Numbered from the stretch's first letter, positions 36,646 to 46,807 are shown. The stretch is DNA of 64,000 bases from Dehalococcoidia bacterium (GCA_965214635.1 OZ243964.1:1299696-1363695); one strand, 5' to 3'. Made by a program: numbers and translations. Notes: generated by a model not told the origin, from the sequence alone.

Positions 36646-37584
36646 ATGAGCGCGCAGAAGAAGCGATGGCTTGCGCTTGCCGGCGGCGTCGGTGGGGCGA
36701 AGCTGGCGCTGGGGCTGACGCACATTCTTGCCCCAGACGAGCTGACCGTGGTGGTTAACACGGGCGACGACGAGGTGTTTCACGGCTTGCATGTGTCGCC
36801 GGATGTGGACACAGTGATGTACACGCTCGCCGGGCTTGCCAACCCTGACACGGGCTGGGGCATAGCGGGCGAGACCTTCCACGCCTTGGAATGGCTGCGA
36901 ACCTATGGCGCCGATGCATGGTTCAACCTCGGCGACCGCGACTTTGCGACGCACATACGGCGCACAGACTTGCTGCGGCAGGGGCACACATTGAGCGAAG
37001 TTACGGATATGCTGCGGACGGCGCTCGGCGTGCGCCATCCCATCGTCCCGATGAGCGACGACAGCGTTCGGACGATGCTCTGCACCGACATAGGGACGCT
37101 CCCGATGCAGACCTACTTCGTGAAGCATCGCTGCGAGCCGGCAGTGAGCGCTGTCCGCTTTGAGGGCGCTGAATCTGCACGCCCGTCCCCGGCGTTCTCG
37201 GCTGCGCTTGCGGACTGCGATGTCATCGTGTTCTGCCCGTCCAACCCGTTCGTGAGCGTTGCGCCAATTCTCGCCGTGCCGGGCGTGCGCCGCGCCATAG
37301 CCGAATTCAAGGGCACGCGGATTGCAGTAAGTCCAATCATTGGCGGACAGGCGGTTAAGGGGCCGGCAGCGGATATGCTGCGCGATCTTGGGTGCGAGGT
37401 GTCCTGCGTGGGTGTGGCGCAGCAGTATGTCGGGCTGTGCGATATTTTCGTGCTAGACGAGCTTGATCGCGCGCTTGCGCCCGAAATAGAGGCGCTGGGA
37501 ATGCGCCCCGCAGTTGCGAACACGATGATGCTCGACAATGCCGACAAGGTGCGGCTTGCCGAGTATGTGCTCGGGCTGGCGTGA
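36646..37584 (+). CDS. cofD: 2-phospho-L-lactate transferase (F420 biosynthesis)
   Basis: 312 aa. LALAGGVGGAKLALGL, VVVNTGDD, and the CofD/FbiA core. Confidence 0.9.
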   Translation: MSAQKKRWLALAGGVGGAKLALGLTHILAPDELTVVVNTGDDEVFHGLHVSPDVDTVMYTLAGLANPDTGWGIAGETFHALEWLRTYGADAWFNLGDRDFATHIRRTDLLRQGHTLSEVTDMLRTALGVRHPIVPMSDDSVRTMLCTDIGTLPMQTYFVKHRCEPAVSAVRFEGAESARPSPAFSAALADCDVIVFCPSNPFVSVAPILAVPGVRRAIAEFKGTRIAVSPIIGGQAVKGPAADMLRDLGCEVSCVGVAQQYVGLCDIFVLDELDRALAPEIEALGMRPAVANTMMLDNADKVRLAEYVLGLA

Positions 37585-38255
37585 TGTGCGCAGCGGGGAT
37601 TGTGGCAATCGTGCCGATGAAGCCGCTGCACTCGGCGAAGATGCGGCTCGCCGGTGTGTTGTCGCCGTCTGACCGCGCCGCACTCAGCCTCGGGATGATG
37701 CGGAATGTGGTAACGGCGGCGCAATCGGTATTGGGCGAGGTGTGGGTCGTGGGTGGCGATGACGCCGTGCGCTGCGCCGCCGAACCACTCGGCGCACGAT
37801 GGCACGAAGACCCCGCCACAAACCTGAACGATACGCTGTCCATCGCGATGCAATGGGCGTTTGCGGCGGGCAAGGCTGCGCTGTATCTGCCATCCGACCT
37901 GCCGCTGCTGACCGCTGCCGATGTGCGGGCGCTGGTGCGAGCGTCTGCCGACGGTACAACGCTCACGCTTGCGGCTGCAAAGCGCGACGGCGGTACGAAC
38001 GCCATCCTGACGCCATGCGGCTCTCACTTCCGACCCGCGCTAGGGTATCAGAGCTTCCAACGGCACAAAGAGTTAGCGCAGATGTTGGGCATCCCATTCT
38101 TGGTGTGCGATACGGCAGGGCTTGCCCTAGATTTGGATACGCCATCAGACCTTGCAGCGTGTGTTGAAGTGGAGGTTGGGTTTGTACGGCGGCTGACGGG
38201 GGATGAGTTGGTCAGCCTGACTATTGATAAGCCTGTCAGCGAGTCGACCGAGTAG
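37581..38255 (+). CDS. cofC: 2-phospho-L-lactate (or PEP) guanylyltransferase (F420 biosynthesis)
   Basis: 224 aa. The start overlaps the cofD stop (GTGATG). AIVPMKPLHSAKMRLAGVLSPSDRAAL and GGTNAIL are typical of CofC/FbiD. Confidence 0.8.
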   Translation: MMCAAGIVAIVPMKPLHSAKMRLAGVLSPSDRAALSLGMMRNVVTAAQSVLGEVWVVGGDDAVRCAAEPLGARWHEDPATNLNDTLSIAMQWAFAAGKAALYLPSDLPLLTAADVRALVRASADGTTLTLAAAKRDGGTNAILTPCGSHFRPALGYQSFQRHKELAQMLGIPFLVCDTAGLALDLDTPSDLAACVEVEVGFVRRLTGDELVSLTIDKPVSESTE

Positions 38256-38292
38256 TCGATAGTCGGTCTTTATTAGGGGAGAGTATGAAACC

Positions 38293-39267
38293 ATGAGTTT
38301 GAAGATCGGGGTGCTGCTGCCAACGCGAGGACTGGTGATGGCGGACGATGCGCCGCCTGATGTGGAGCCGCTGCTGCAAATGGCAGAGGCGGTGGAAGCC
38401 GCTGGCTTGGATTCGGTGTGGGTGGGCGACAGCCTGACGGCAAAGCCGCGCCTCGAGCCGTTGACCACGCTCACGGCAGTGGCGATGCGGACGCGCCGAG
38501 TGCGTCTCGGTACGGCGGTGTTGCTTGCAGGGCTGCGGCATCCGCTGCTGCTGGCGCAATCCGCCGCCACTGTGGATGCCGTGTCGCGCGGGCGAGTCGT
38601 GCTGGGCGCAGGCGTTGGTGGCGCATTCAACGAAGCTCAGCGACAGGAATGGCACAGTGTCGGCGTAGACCCGTCTCGGCGCGCAAGGCGCTTCGAGGAA
38701 GTGCTGGAAATAGCAAGCCGCCTGACACGCGGCGAGCGAGTCGAGTTTGTAGGGCAGCACTTCAGCTTGGATGGTGTGGGTGTGCGTCCAAGAGCCGTGC
38801 AGGCTGGGGGCGTGCCGTTCATCGTGGCATGCCACTGGCGCGCTGGACGCGAGCGGCAGTTCAAGCGCGCCGCAAGGCTTGGGGCAGGCTTCATCTCCAT
38901 CTCCGACTATCCGCACGAGTATGCGCGCGTCGTGGAGCGAGTGCGCGAGTATGCGGCGCAATACGCAGCCGATGGGCAGCGCCCCGATGCGCCTCCTATA
39001 GAAGCCACCTTTTACATGACTGTGAACCTTGACCGTAATGAGCGGCGCGCGGCTGATGAAGCTGACGCATTCCTGAGAATGTACTATGGCGCTAACATAT
39101 GGGGCGACAGGTGGGGGCCGTTCGGCGCGCCGGAGCGCGTATCAGAGCGCATTGCCAATTATGCCGCAGCGGGCGCACAGACCATCATCGTCCGCTTCGC
39201 ATCACCCTCGCAAGAGGCGCAGCTAGACACTTTCCTGAGCGAGATTGCGCCGAACTTTGAGGGTTGA
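38293..39267 (+). CDS. LLM-class (luciferase-like) F420-dependent oxidoreductase
   Basis: 324 aa. Luciferase-like TIM-barrel blocks (AGLDSVWVGDSL, LGTAVLLAGLRHP, VVLGAGVGG). Lies immediately downstream of cofD-cofC. Confidence 0.85.
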   Translation: MSLKIGVLLPTRGLVMADDAPPDVEPLLQMAEAVEAAGLDSVWVGDSLTAKPRLEPLTTLTAVAMRTRRVRLGTAVLLAGLRHPLLLAQSAATVDAVSRGRVVLGAGVGGAFNEAQRQEWHSVGVDPSRRARRFEEVLEIASRLTRGERVEFVGQHFSLDGVGVRPRAVQAGGVPFIVACHWRAGRERQFKRAARLGAGFISISDYPHEYARVVERVREYAAQYAADGQRPDAPPIEATFYMTVNLDRNERRAADEADAFLRMYYGANIWGDRWGPFGAPERVSERIANYAAAGAQTIIVRFASPSQEAQLDTFLSEIAPNFEG

Positions 39268-39497
39268 AAATTGGGAACAGCTGGAATATTCCAATGCCCA
39301 TGTCCCTGTATTACCTGTATCAAGAGTATCGCGGCAGCAACAGGCATGGCCATCATGCGCAAGACAGCGTGAAAGGCTGGGCTAGAAGTGATACGATTGG
39401 CTAGGTGAACCGAGTAACGGGTTTCGGGTCTTATATAAGGGAGAGCGGGGACGGCTCAGGAGATATAAGGTTAAGTTGGCAGGACGGCGGTTTGTGA

Positions 39498-40286
39498 ATG
39501 GATAGCGATATTTATGTGGAGCGGGATGGTGCGGTTGCGACGATTGTGTTCAACCGGCCGGCGCAACGCAACGCCATCGACTACGCCGGCTGGCTTGAGC
39601 TGCGGCGCATTGCGCTTGAGCTGGACGCAGACGATGCGGTCCGCGTAGTGGTGCTGACGGGGGCTGGCGAGCGCGCCTTCTCTGCGGGCGCAGACATCAA
39701 GGACTTCGAGCAGTATCGCATCAACTCGCGCGTTGCCAAGCTGTATGCGGACGCATTCGACGGTGCGATGGATGCGGTAGAGGCGATGTCCAAGCCGACC
39801 ATATCCATGATACGGGGCTTTTGCGTGGGCGGAGGCTGCGAGCTTTCGATGGCAACCGACATTCGCATCGCCGCAGCAGGCAGTCGGTTCGGCATCCCGA
39901 TTGCGCGGCTGGGCATACTCGTGGGCTATGGCGAGATGCGGCGGCTGGTGAACCTCGTTGGGCCGGGCAACGCATCGTACATCCTGCTCAGCGCACGGCT
40001 GATTGACGCTCAGGAAGCGCACCGCATCGGGCTGATAACAACGCTGGTTGGAGCAGACGATTTGCGTGAACACACCTACACGCTCGCCCGCGAGGTGGCG
40101 GAACTTGCGCCGCTCAGCCACGCCCGCAACAAGCGCATCCGCGACATCACCCTGCGAAACCCGTCCGGCGAAGGGCTGACGCAGGAAGAGCGCGACCTGC
40201 CGTTCACCAACTTCGACAGCGCTGATTTTCTCGAGGGCAGGGCAGCATTCATCGAGCGACGAAAGCCCAATTTCAAGGGGATGTGA
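39498..40286 (+). CDS. enoyl-CoA hydratase/isomerase (crotonase family)
   Basis: 262 aa. ATIVFNRPAQRNA, VVVLTGAGERAFSAGADIKDF, GFCVGGGCELSMATD. Confidence 0.9.
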   Translation: MDSDIYVERDGAVATIVFNRPAQRNAIDYAGWLELRRIALELDADDAVRVVVLTGAGERAFSAGADIKDFEQYRINSRVAKLYADAFDGAMDAVEAMSKPTISMIRGFCVGGGCELSMATDIRIAAAGSRFGIPIARLGILVGYGEMRRLVNLVGPGNASYILLSARLIDAQEAHRIGLITTLVGADDLREHTYTLAREVAELAPLSHARNKRIRDITLRNPSGEGLTQEERDLPFTNFDSADFLEGRAAFIERRKPNFKGM

Positions 40287-40426
40287 AGTCAATGGCGTCA
40301 GTTACCCGCTTGCAGCTCGGTATTTGAAATGGAGTCGCTCTTTCGCAAGCACTGCACAAACGCCGCACAAGACTGGGAACGGCGGGTCTGGGGAGCAAGT
40401 CGGTTTAGGCAGCACAGGGGTTAGGA

Positions 40427-41653
40427 ATGCAAGGTAATCGGGACAACAAAAACAGAAAACTGCCTCTTGCGGGCATCAATGTGCTTGACTTCAGCCAGAT
40501 ACTGGCGGGGCCGTTCTGCACGATGCTGCTGGCGGATATGGGCGCTGAGGTGATAAAAATCGAAAAGCCCAACGGCGGCGACGACACCCGTCGCTACGGC
40601 CCGCCGTTCATCGAGGGCGAATCCGCAGCGTTTCTCACGCTGAACCGCAACAAGCGCAGCATCGTGCTCGATCTCAAGACCGAACAGGGCTTGGATGTGG
40701 TGCGCCGTATGCTTGCTGACGCCGATGTGATGATCCACAACTTCCGACCCGGCGCGATAGAGCGTATCGGGCTTGGATACGACGATGTGTGCCAGCTCAA
40801 CCCCGCCATCGTCTATTGCAGCGTGTCCGGGTTCGGCAGCACTGGGCCTTACAGCAAGCGCGCAGGCTTCGACCTCGTGGCGCAGGGCATGAGCGGGCTG
40901 ATGAGCATCAACGGCTTCCCCGATTTGCCGCCTGCGAAGGTGGGCGTTCCCGTGGCAGACCTAAACACGGGGATGTTCTGCGCCTACGGCATCCTGACGG
41001 CGTACATCCACAGGCTTGCCACTGGGCAGGGGCAGTATGTGGACGCGTCGCTGATAGAGTCCGGCATCGCCTACACGCTCTACGAATCGGCGTCATACTT
41101 CGCCACCGGGGATGTTGCAGGCCCCTTGGGGTCGGCGCATCGGATGATAGCGCCATATCAGGCGTTCGCCACGCAGGATGGGTACATCAACATCGGGGCG
41201 GCGAACCAGAACAACTGGGAGCGGATGTGCCGCGCCATCGGGCGGGAAGACCTGCTCGAGGATGAGCGGTTTGCGTCCAACCCGAAGCGAATGGTAAGCA
41301 TATCGGCGCTGACACCCGTGATGGAAGACACATTCCGCACACAGACGACTGCTCATTGGATCGAGTTGCTAGAAAAAGCGGGTGTGCCGTGCGGTCCTAT
41401 TTACGACATCGAGCAGGTGTACGCTGATGAGCATGTGCAGTCCCGCAATATGGCGGTGGAGCTTGAGCACCCCAAGGCAGGCGCAATCCGCAACATCGGG
41501 GTGGCTGTGAAGCTCAGCGACACGCCCGGGTCGGTTCGCACGCCTGCGCCCCTGCTCGGCGAGCACACGGAAGAAGTGCTGGCGCAGTTCGGCTATTCGC
41601 CTGAGGATATTGCATCGCTGCGGGAATGCGGCGCGCTGGCATCGCTGGCATAA
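40427..41653 (+). CDS. family III CoA-transferase (CaiB/BaiF)
   Basis: 408 aa, RBS AGGA. INVLDFSQILAGPFCTMLLADMGAEVIKIEKPNGGD. Confidence 0.85.
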   Translation: MQGNRDNKNRKLPLAGINVLDFSQILAGPFCTMLLADMGAEVIKIEKPNGGDDTRRYGPPFIEGESAAFLTLNRNKRSIVLDLKTEQGLDVVRRMLADADVMIHNFRPGAIERIGLGYDDVCQLNPAIVYCSVSGFGSTGPYSKRAGFDLVAQGMSGLMSINGFPDLPPAKVGVPVADLNTGMFCAYGILTAYIHRLATGQGQYVDASLIESGIAYTLYESASYFATGDVAGPLGSAHRMIAPYQAFATQDGYINIGAANQNNWERMCRAIGREDLLEDERFASNPKRMVSISALTPVMEDTFRTQTTAHWIELLEKAGVPCGPIYDIEQVYADEHVQSRNMAVELEHPKAGAIRNIGVAVKLSDTPGSVRTPAPLLGEHTEEVLAQFGYSPEDIASLRECGALASLA

Positions 41654-41708
41654 GCTCGGTCGGTCGGGAAGTCCTAACCCGCTCCGTAAGATAGACTTGG
41701 AGGACGAT

Positions 41709-42488
41709 ATGCCGTTCGTAAGCGCGGACAATGCGGAGATTTACTACGAGGTTCATGGTGAGGGGACGCCGGTTGTGTTGCTGCACGGCGCTGGCGGGAA
41801 CACATTGGTGTGGTATCAGCAGGTGGCGCACTTTGCGCGCTGGCACACCGTGCTCGCGCTAGACCATCGCGGCTGGGGGCGCTCGAAATGCGAGCCGCAG
41901 CACAAGCACGCCCGCTACTTCGCAGACGATTTGCGTTCCGTGCTGGACGCCGCAGGCATCGGGCGCGCCGCAGTGGTCTGCCAGTCTATGGGCGGCTGGA
42001 CAGGAATGCACTTCACGCTGCAAAACCCGGAGCGAGTGCGCTGCCTCGTGTTGTCCGGCACGCCGGGCGGGGTTCAGACGCCGGCAGTAGCAGCGGCGCG
42101 CCAAGTGCGGGCACGGAGCAATCCCCTAGATAGCCCCATCGCTTGGAACGAGCCACACCTTGCGCTTGCGCCGGATGCGTTCGAGCGCGACCCGTCTATG
42201 GCGCTCTTGTATCGCCAGCTCTCCGGGCTGAATGCGCCGATAGGCGACACGGGTATGGGCGACATGGGCATCGCCCCTTCGGCGCTGGCAGAATATGACA
42301 CGCCAACGCTGATGGTCGCCGGGGCGCAAGACCGCATCTTCCCGCTCGCCGCCCTCAAAGAGGTGTCGCGCATAATCCCAGGCGCTCGGCTGCACACCAT
42401 CGGGCACGCAGGACATTCGCCATACTTCGAGGCGGCGGACGAGTTCAACAGCGTTGTGGGCGCTTTCATCGCCGAACATAGCGGCTAA
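41709..42488 (+). CDS. alpha/beta-fold hydrolase
   Basis: Track ORF 41610..42488, trimmed to ATG 41709 (MPFVSADNAEIYYEVHGEG). PVVLLHGAGGN, nucleophile elbow VCQSMGG, and C-terminal GHAGHSPYFE. Confidence 0.85.
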   Translation: MPFVSADNAEIYYEVHGEGTPVVLLHGAGGNTLVWYQQVAHFARWHTVLALDHRGWGRSKCEPQHKHARYFADDLRSVLDAAGIGRAAVVCQSMGGWTGMHFTLQNPERVRCLVLSGTPGGVQTPAVAAARQVRARSNPLDSPIAWNEPHLALAPDAFERDPSMALLYRQLSGLNAPIGDTGMGDMGIAPSALAEYDTPTLMVAGAQDRIFPLAALKEVSRIIPGARLHTIGHAGHSPYFEAADEFNSVVGAFIAEHSG

Positions 42489-42613
42489 CGCTGCATGTGC
42501 AACCTACACTGCAACGGATGGAGTTTGCTGGCACATAACGCAGAGCGCCCGACAGCCGATTATATCCACCACATCGCACAATCGCGTATATCGCATATGA
42601 GGAGGCAGCGCAA

Positions 42614-43945
42614 ATGACAGCGAATAAGTTCGATGGCGAGGTGCGCCAGTTCGTGGCAAGCACACCCCGCTCCAAGGCGCTGCAAGGCGAGTCAGCGCAG
42701 TATCTACCGGGCGGCAGCTCGCGCGGCACGGCGTTTTTCGCCCCTTACCCGATGTTCGTCGACCATGCTGAGGGGCGCTATGTACAGGATGTGGACGGCA
42801 ACCGCTACCTCGACTTCATGATAAACGCCACTAGCCACATTCTCGGACATGCGCATCCCGATGTCGTGGCGGCACTGCAAGAGCAGGCCGCGCGGGGCAA
42901 CTCGTTCAGCGGCCCGACGGAGGCGCAGGTGCGCTTGGCGCGCGTGCTGTGCGAGCGTGTGCCGTCCTTGGACACCGTGCGGTTCACCAACTCTGGCACC
43001 GAAGGCACGATGATGGCGATACGCGGCGCACGCGCCTACACCGGCAGGCACAAGATTGCCAAGTTCGAGGGCGGCTACCATGGTTCGCACGAGTATGTGT
43101 CGGTCAGTGTGCGTCCGCCCGCCGATGCGCTCGACCCGAACGGCACATCGCCAATCCCCGAGCATCCGGGACAGCCGCCTAGCGTCATCGAAGATGTGAT
43201 AACCCTGCCATATAACGACCTGCCCGCCTGCGAGCGTATCATCAGCGCTCATGCCGACGAACTCGCCTGCGTCATCATGGAGGCGGTGTCCTCTAACTTC
43301 GGCTATCTGCCGGCGGATCCTGCATTTCTGGCTGGTATGCGCGAACTGACTCAGAAGCACGGCATACTGCTGATATTCGACGAGGTGCAGAGCTTCCGCG
43401 TAGCGCCGGGTGGGGCGCAAGAGATGCTCGGTGTTACGCCCGACATCACCACTTTCGGCAAGATAATCGGCGGTGGGATGCCGGTCGGCGCTTGGGGTGG
43501 CAGGCGCGATGTGATGGCGCTGTTCGACCCGACAGCCGACGCCCCGATAGCCCACGCTGGCACATTCAACGCCAACCCGATGACGATGGTTGCCGGCGAA
43601 GTTGTGATGTCGCACTTGACGCCGGATGTGTACGCGCGAATGAATGCGCTGGGCGAGACGCTGCGCGCGAAGCTCCGTGCCGTGTTCGACGAGTTGGAAG
43701 TGCCGGTGCAGGTAACGGGCATCGCATCACTCTTCGGCATCCACTTCACCACAGAACCCATCACCGACTATCGCTCTGCGCTCACCGGCGACGCCGAGAT
43801 GACGCGTGCGCTCTTCACCGGCTTGCTGAACGAAGGCGTGCTAATCCAAGCTGGCGGCGCAGGCGCTCTTAACACGCAGACCACCGAAGCCGATGTGGAC
43901 TCCCTCGTGGATGCCACACGCCGAGTCGTGCAGCGCGTGCGCTAA
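42614..43945 (+). CDS. class III aminotransferase, glutamate-1-semialdehyde aminomutase (HemL)-like paralog
   Basis: 443 aa, RBS AGGAGG. VRFTNSGTEGTMMAIRGAR, IFDEVQSFRV, and the PLP-Lys block FGKIIGGGMPVGAWGGRRDVM, nearly as in HemL. The N-terminal LPGGSSRG differs from HemL IPGGVNSPVRAF. Confidence 0.85.
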   Translation: MTANKFDGEVRQFVASTPRSKALQGESAQYLPGGSSRGTAFFAPYPMFVDHAEGRYVQDVDGNRYLDFMINATSHILGHAHPDVVAALQEQAARGNSFSGPTEAQVRLARVLCERVPSLDTVRFTNSGTEGTMMAIRGARAYTGRHKIAKFEGGYHGSHEYVSVSVRPPADALDPNGTSPIPEHPGQPPSVIEDVITLPYNDLPACERIISAHADELACVIMEAVSSNFGYLPADPAFLAGMRELTQKHGILLIFDEVQSFRVAPGGAQEMLGVTPDITTFGKIIGGGMPVGAWGGRRDVMALFDPTADAPIAHAGTFNANPMTMVAGEVVMSHLTPDVYARMNALGETLRAKLRAVFDELEVPVQVTGIASLFGIHFTTEPITDYRSALTGDAEMTRALFTGLLNEGVLIQAGGAGALNTQTTEADVDSLVDATRRVVQRVR

Positions 43946-44001
43946 TGAGGGCGATGGCGTCCACGCAAATCGCCTGAAGGCGGGGAACCGGGCGCGCTTG
44001 T

Positions 44002-44751
44002 CTAGGTTGCGGTGAAGCCGCCGTCGATGACAAGCTCGCTCCCCGTCATGTAAGACGCCTCGTCCGATGCAAGGAACAGCACGCCCTTCGCCACATCGTC
44101 CGGCATGCCCATCCGTCCCATCGGGATGTTGACCGTGCGTTGCTCGCGCATGCCCTCTTCGGGAAACACCAAGTCCAGCATATCGGTCTCTATGGGGCCG
44201 GGATGGACGGAGTTGATGCGGATGTTGTCTGCGGCATATTGGACGGCGGTGGACTTGGTGAGCAGCCGCACAGCGCCCTTGGATGCGTTGTAGGCAGTGG
44301 ACATTGCGCTGCCAATAATGCCTGCCACGGACGATATGTTGACGATTGAGCCGCCCCCGGACGCCCGCATCGCCGGAATCGCCGCCTTCGTCCCCAAGAA
44401 CACGCCGCGCCCGTTGATGCCAAGCATTCTGTCCCAGTCGTCGTCGGTGGTCTGCTCAACATTGGCGCGCTGATAGATGCCGGCGTTGTTGACGAGGATG
44501 TCCAGCCTGCCGTAGGCGGTCATCACGGCGTCCACGGCGCTCTCCCACTGCGCTTCGCTTGTAACATCCAGCGGGACGAACATCGCATCGCCGCCCTGCG
44601 CCCTGATTTCGGCTGCGAGCGTCTGCCCGGCTTCTTCGCGGATGTCTGCGACAGCGACCTTAGCGCCCTCTTGCGCAAACAGCTGCGCCTCCACTGCGCC
44701 CATGCCGCGCGCACCACCGCTTATAATCGCAACCTTTCCTGCAAGCCTCAT
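44002..44751 (-). CDS. SDR-family oxidoreductase
   Basis: 249 aa. GKVAIISGGARGMG (TGxxxGxG), NNAG, and the catalytic YNASK. Confidence 0.9.
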   Translation of the reverse strand: MRLAGKVAIISGGARGMGAVEAQLFAQEGAKVAVADIREEAGQTLAAEIRAQGGDAMFVPLDVTSEAQWESAVDAVMTAYGRLDILVNNAGIYQRANVEQTTDDDWDRMLGINGRGVFLGTKAAIPAMRASGGGSIVNISSVAGIIGSAMSTAYNASKGAVRLLTKSTAVQYAADNIRINSVHPGPIETDMLDLVFPEEGMREQRTVNIPMGRMGMPDDVAKGVLFLASDEASYMTGSELVIDGGFTAT

Positions 44752-44949
44752 CGCACACCTCGCTCGTTATCTATCGTCCTGCGCCCGCTGCCATATCGGC
44801 AGTGCGATTATACACTTGCGGGTGCGGATATGCGATACGATTCGGAATAAGCAGCGCCGCTCCGCATCCCGAAGATGCTGGTGCAGACATTAAGAGTGCA
44901 AGGGAGTGAGTGTTTTATTTGCAGGCAGGGTTGGGTCAACTTCCAAATC

Positions 44950-46323
44950 CTAGTCCGCAGCGGCGTGTGCTGGCGTCCGCAATTCGGCTTGCCTCGCCGC
45001 AAGGGCGGCGTTCAGGATGCGGCGCTCGGATGCCTCCGTCTCTGGGGAGAAGCGCACGACGAACACTAGCGCGGCGGATAGGATGACCGCTGCGCCTATG
45101 AACAGCAGTCCCTCTTGGTAGCTGATGCTCTCGGCGCGGAAGAGGAAGCCGAACGCCACAGCGCCTGCGTTCCCGCCCGCTCCCACGATGCCCGCCACCG
45201 AGCCGAGCACGCGCCGATTGATGAACGGCACTACTGAGTAGGTTGCGCCCTCGGACATCTGCACGAACAGGCTGAATGCTATCATCGCGCCCACGGCGAG
45301 CCACAAGACTGCCATCTGCGAAAACACGATGAGCGCTATCCCCTCGATGAACAGCACCACGCCGAGAAACATCACGCGCCCCTTCAAGCCGAACTTGATG
45401 CCGAACTTGTCGCTGAGGATGCCACCCATCGTGCGGGCGAATATGTTCATCACACCGAACAGCCCTGCTATCAGCCCTGCTGTGGCGAGGCTTAGATCGA
45501 AGCGGTCGAAGTAGTAGAGCGCCGCGATGTTGTTGATGGTCAGTTCCACGCCGAAGCATGCGCCGTAGATGATGAACAGCGCCCACACGCGATAGTCTCT
45601 GACGGCTGTGAGGAACGCGCCGCGTACCTGTGGTGCGGGCGGCATCAGTCCCTTCGCGCGCAGGTCTTTGTAGTTGCCGTCGGGCGCGTCCTGTGTCAGG
45701 AAGAAGTATGCGATGCCCACGAGGAAGAGCGCAACGCCCGGCACAACCATCGCTAGGCGCCACCCGACGACCTCGCTGACACCGAGCATCAGCACCCCAG
45801 CGAACACCAGCGGCATCGCCATCTGCGTTACGCCGCCGCCTAGGTTGCCCCAGCCTGCGGTTGTGGCGTTTGCTGTGCCTATCACATTGGGTGCGAACAT
45901 TACAGAGGTGTGGTACTGCGTGATGACGAACGATGCCCCGATGACGCCAATGGCGAGACGGAACAGCAGGAATGTCTCGTAGGATTGCGCCAAGCCGATG
46001 CACATAACCGGAATGGAGCCTAACATCAGCAGGGCGCTGTATGCGATGCGTGGGCCTACTCGGTCGCAAAGCCAGCCGATGACGATGCGCGCGACGATGG
46101 TTATCGCCACCGACGCTATGATGGTGTTGCCGACTTGCGCCTTAGTGAGCAGCAGGTCTTCGCGCACTACTGCCATGAGCGGAGCTATCCCGAACCAGCC
46201 GAAGAACGCGAGGAAGAAGGCGAACCATGTGAGATGGAACGCTCGCATCTGCGGTGTCCTGAAACTGAACAGGCTAATGCGAGTAGCCTTGCTGCTCTCT
46301 TTGCCGTTGACCGCTGCGCTCAT
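44950..46323 (-). CDS. narK: MFS nitrate/nitrite transporter (NNP family, NarK/NrtP)
   Basis: Track ORF 44950..46338 (GTG), trimmed to ATG 46323, which is preceded by GGAAGGA. MRAFHLTWFAFFLAFFGWFGIAPLM, plus 12-TM MFS architecture. Confidence 0.9.
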   Translation of the reverse strand: MSAAVNGKESSKATRISLFSFRTPQMRAFHLTWFAFFLAFFGWFGIAPLMAVVREDLLLTKAQVGNTIIASVAITIVARIVIGWLCDRVGPRIAYSALLMLGSIPVMCIGLAQSYETFLLFRLAIGVIGASFVITQYHTSVMFAPNVIGTANATTAGWGNLGGGVTQMAMPLVFAGVLMLGVSEVVGWRLAMVVPGVALFLVGIAYFFLTQDAPDGNYKDLRAKGLMPPAPQVRGAFLTAVRDYRVWALFIIYGACFGVELTINNIAALYYFDRFDLSLATAGLIAGLFGVMNIFARTMGGILSDKFGIKFGLKGRVMFLGVVLFIEGIALIVFSQMAVLWLAVGAMIAFSLFVQMSEGATYSVVPFINRRVLGSVAGIVGAGGNAGAVAFGFLFRAESISYQEGLLFIGAAVILSAALVFVVRFSPETEASERRILNAALAARQAELRTPAHAAAD

Positions 46324-46745
46324 GTCTTTTCCTTCCACGCTAACAACTCGTCAATTCGGGGCGGGCGGTGCATCGTGTGAACACGCCATGCCGTGCCTTA
46401 TGACACGCAGAAATCCTATGAGCGAACTTTTACAGCGGCGTTACAAGGGCGTTAAACTAATGTGAAAATCTGGTTAATTCGGTGTTACATAGTGAAGGGG
46501 TAAGATAAAGACACGCCGACTTTCACGCGTTCGTCTGCGGATTCACGAATGGAGAAACTTCTGATGCGTGGCAACGCCGTCTATATGCTCACAACTAGTG
46601 GAAATGACGGCGTGTCATTTGCCTATTGCGAGTTGCGAAATAGAGGCGCTGTGCAAATGCTATGCAAAGCGAAGGCGTGAAAAAGAGAGAGCAGGCAAAA
46701 TAAGAGGACAGACAGGAAAATCAGCAGCGACGAGGCATTGCAAGG

Positions 46746-46780
46746 CGCTGCGCCGGCGCGCTTATACGGTCGGCGCAGCG
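46746..46780 (-). terminator. GC-rich hairpin between nirD and narK (possible internal attenuator/terminator)
   Basis: CGCTGCGCCG (46746-46755) pairs with CGGCGCAGCG (46771-46780): 10-bp perfect stem, 15-nt loop. Begins 28 nt after the nirD stop. On the transcribed strand a long C/U-rich tract follows it. Confidence 0.35.
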
Positions 46781-46807
46781 TTCTAGTGCAAGCGTATAAT
46801 CGGACGC

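Noticed and set aside
46568-46786. 72-aa ORF in the nirD-narK spacer.
   Set aside because: It is on the opposite strand to the operon and is Arg/Lys-rich because it reads through the purine tract. No RBS or motif.
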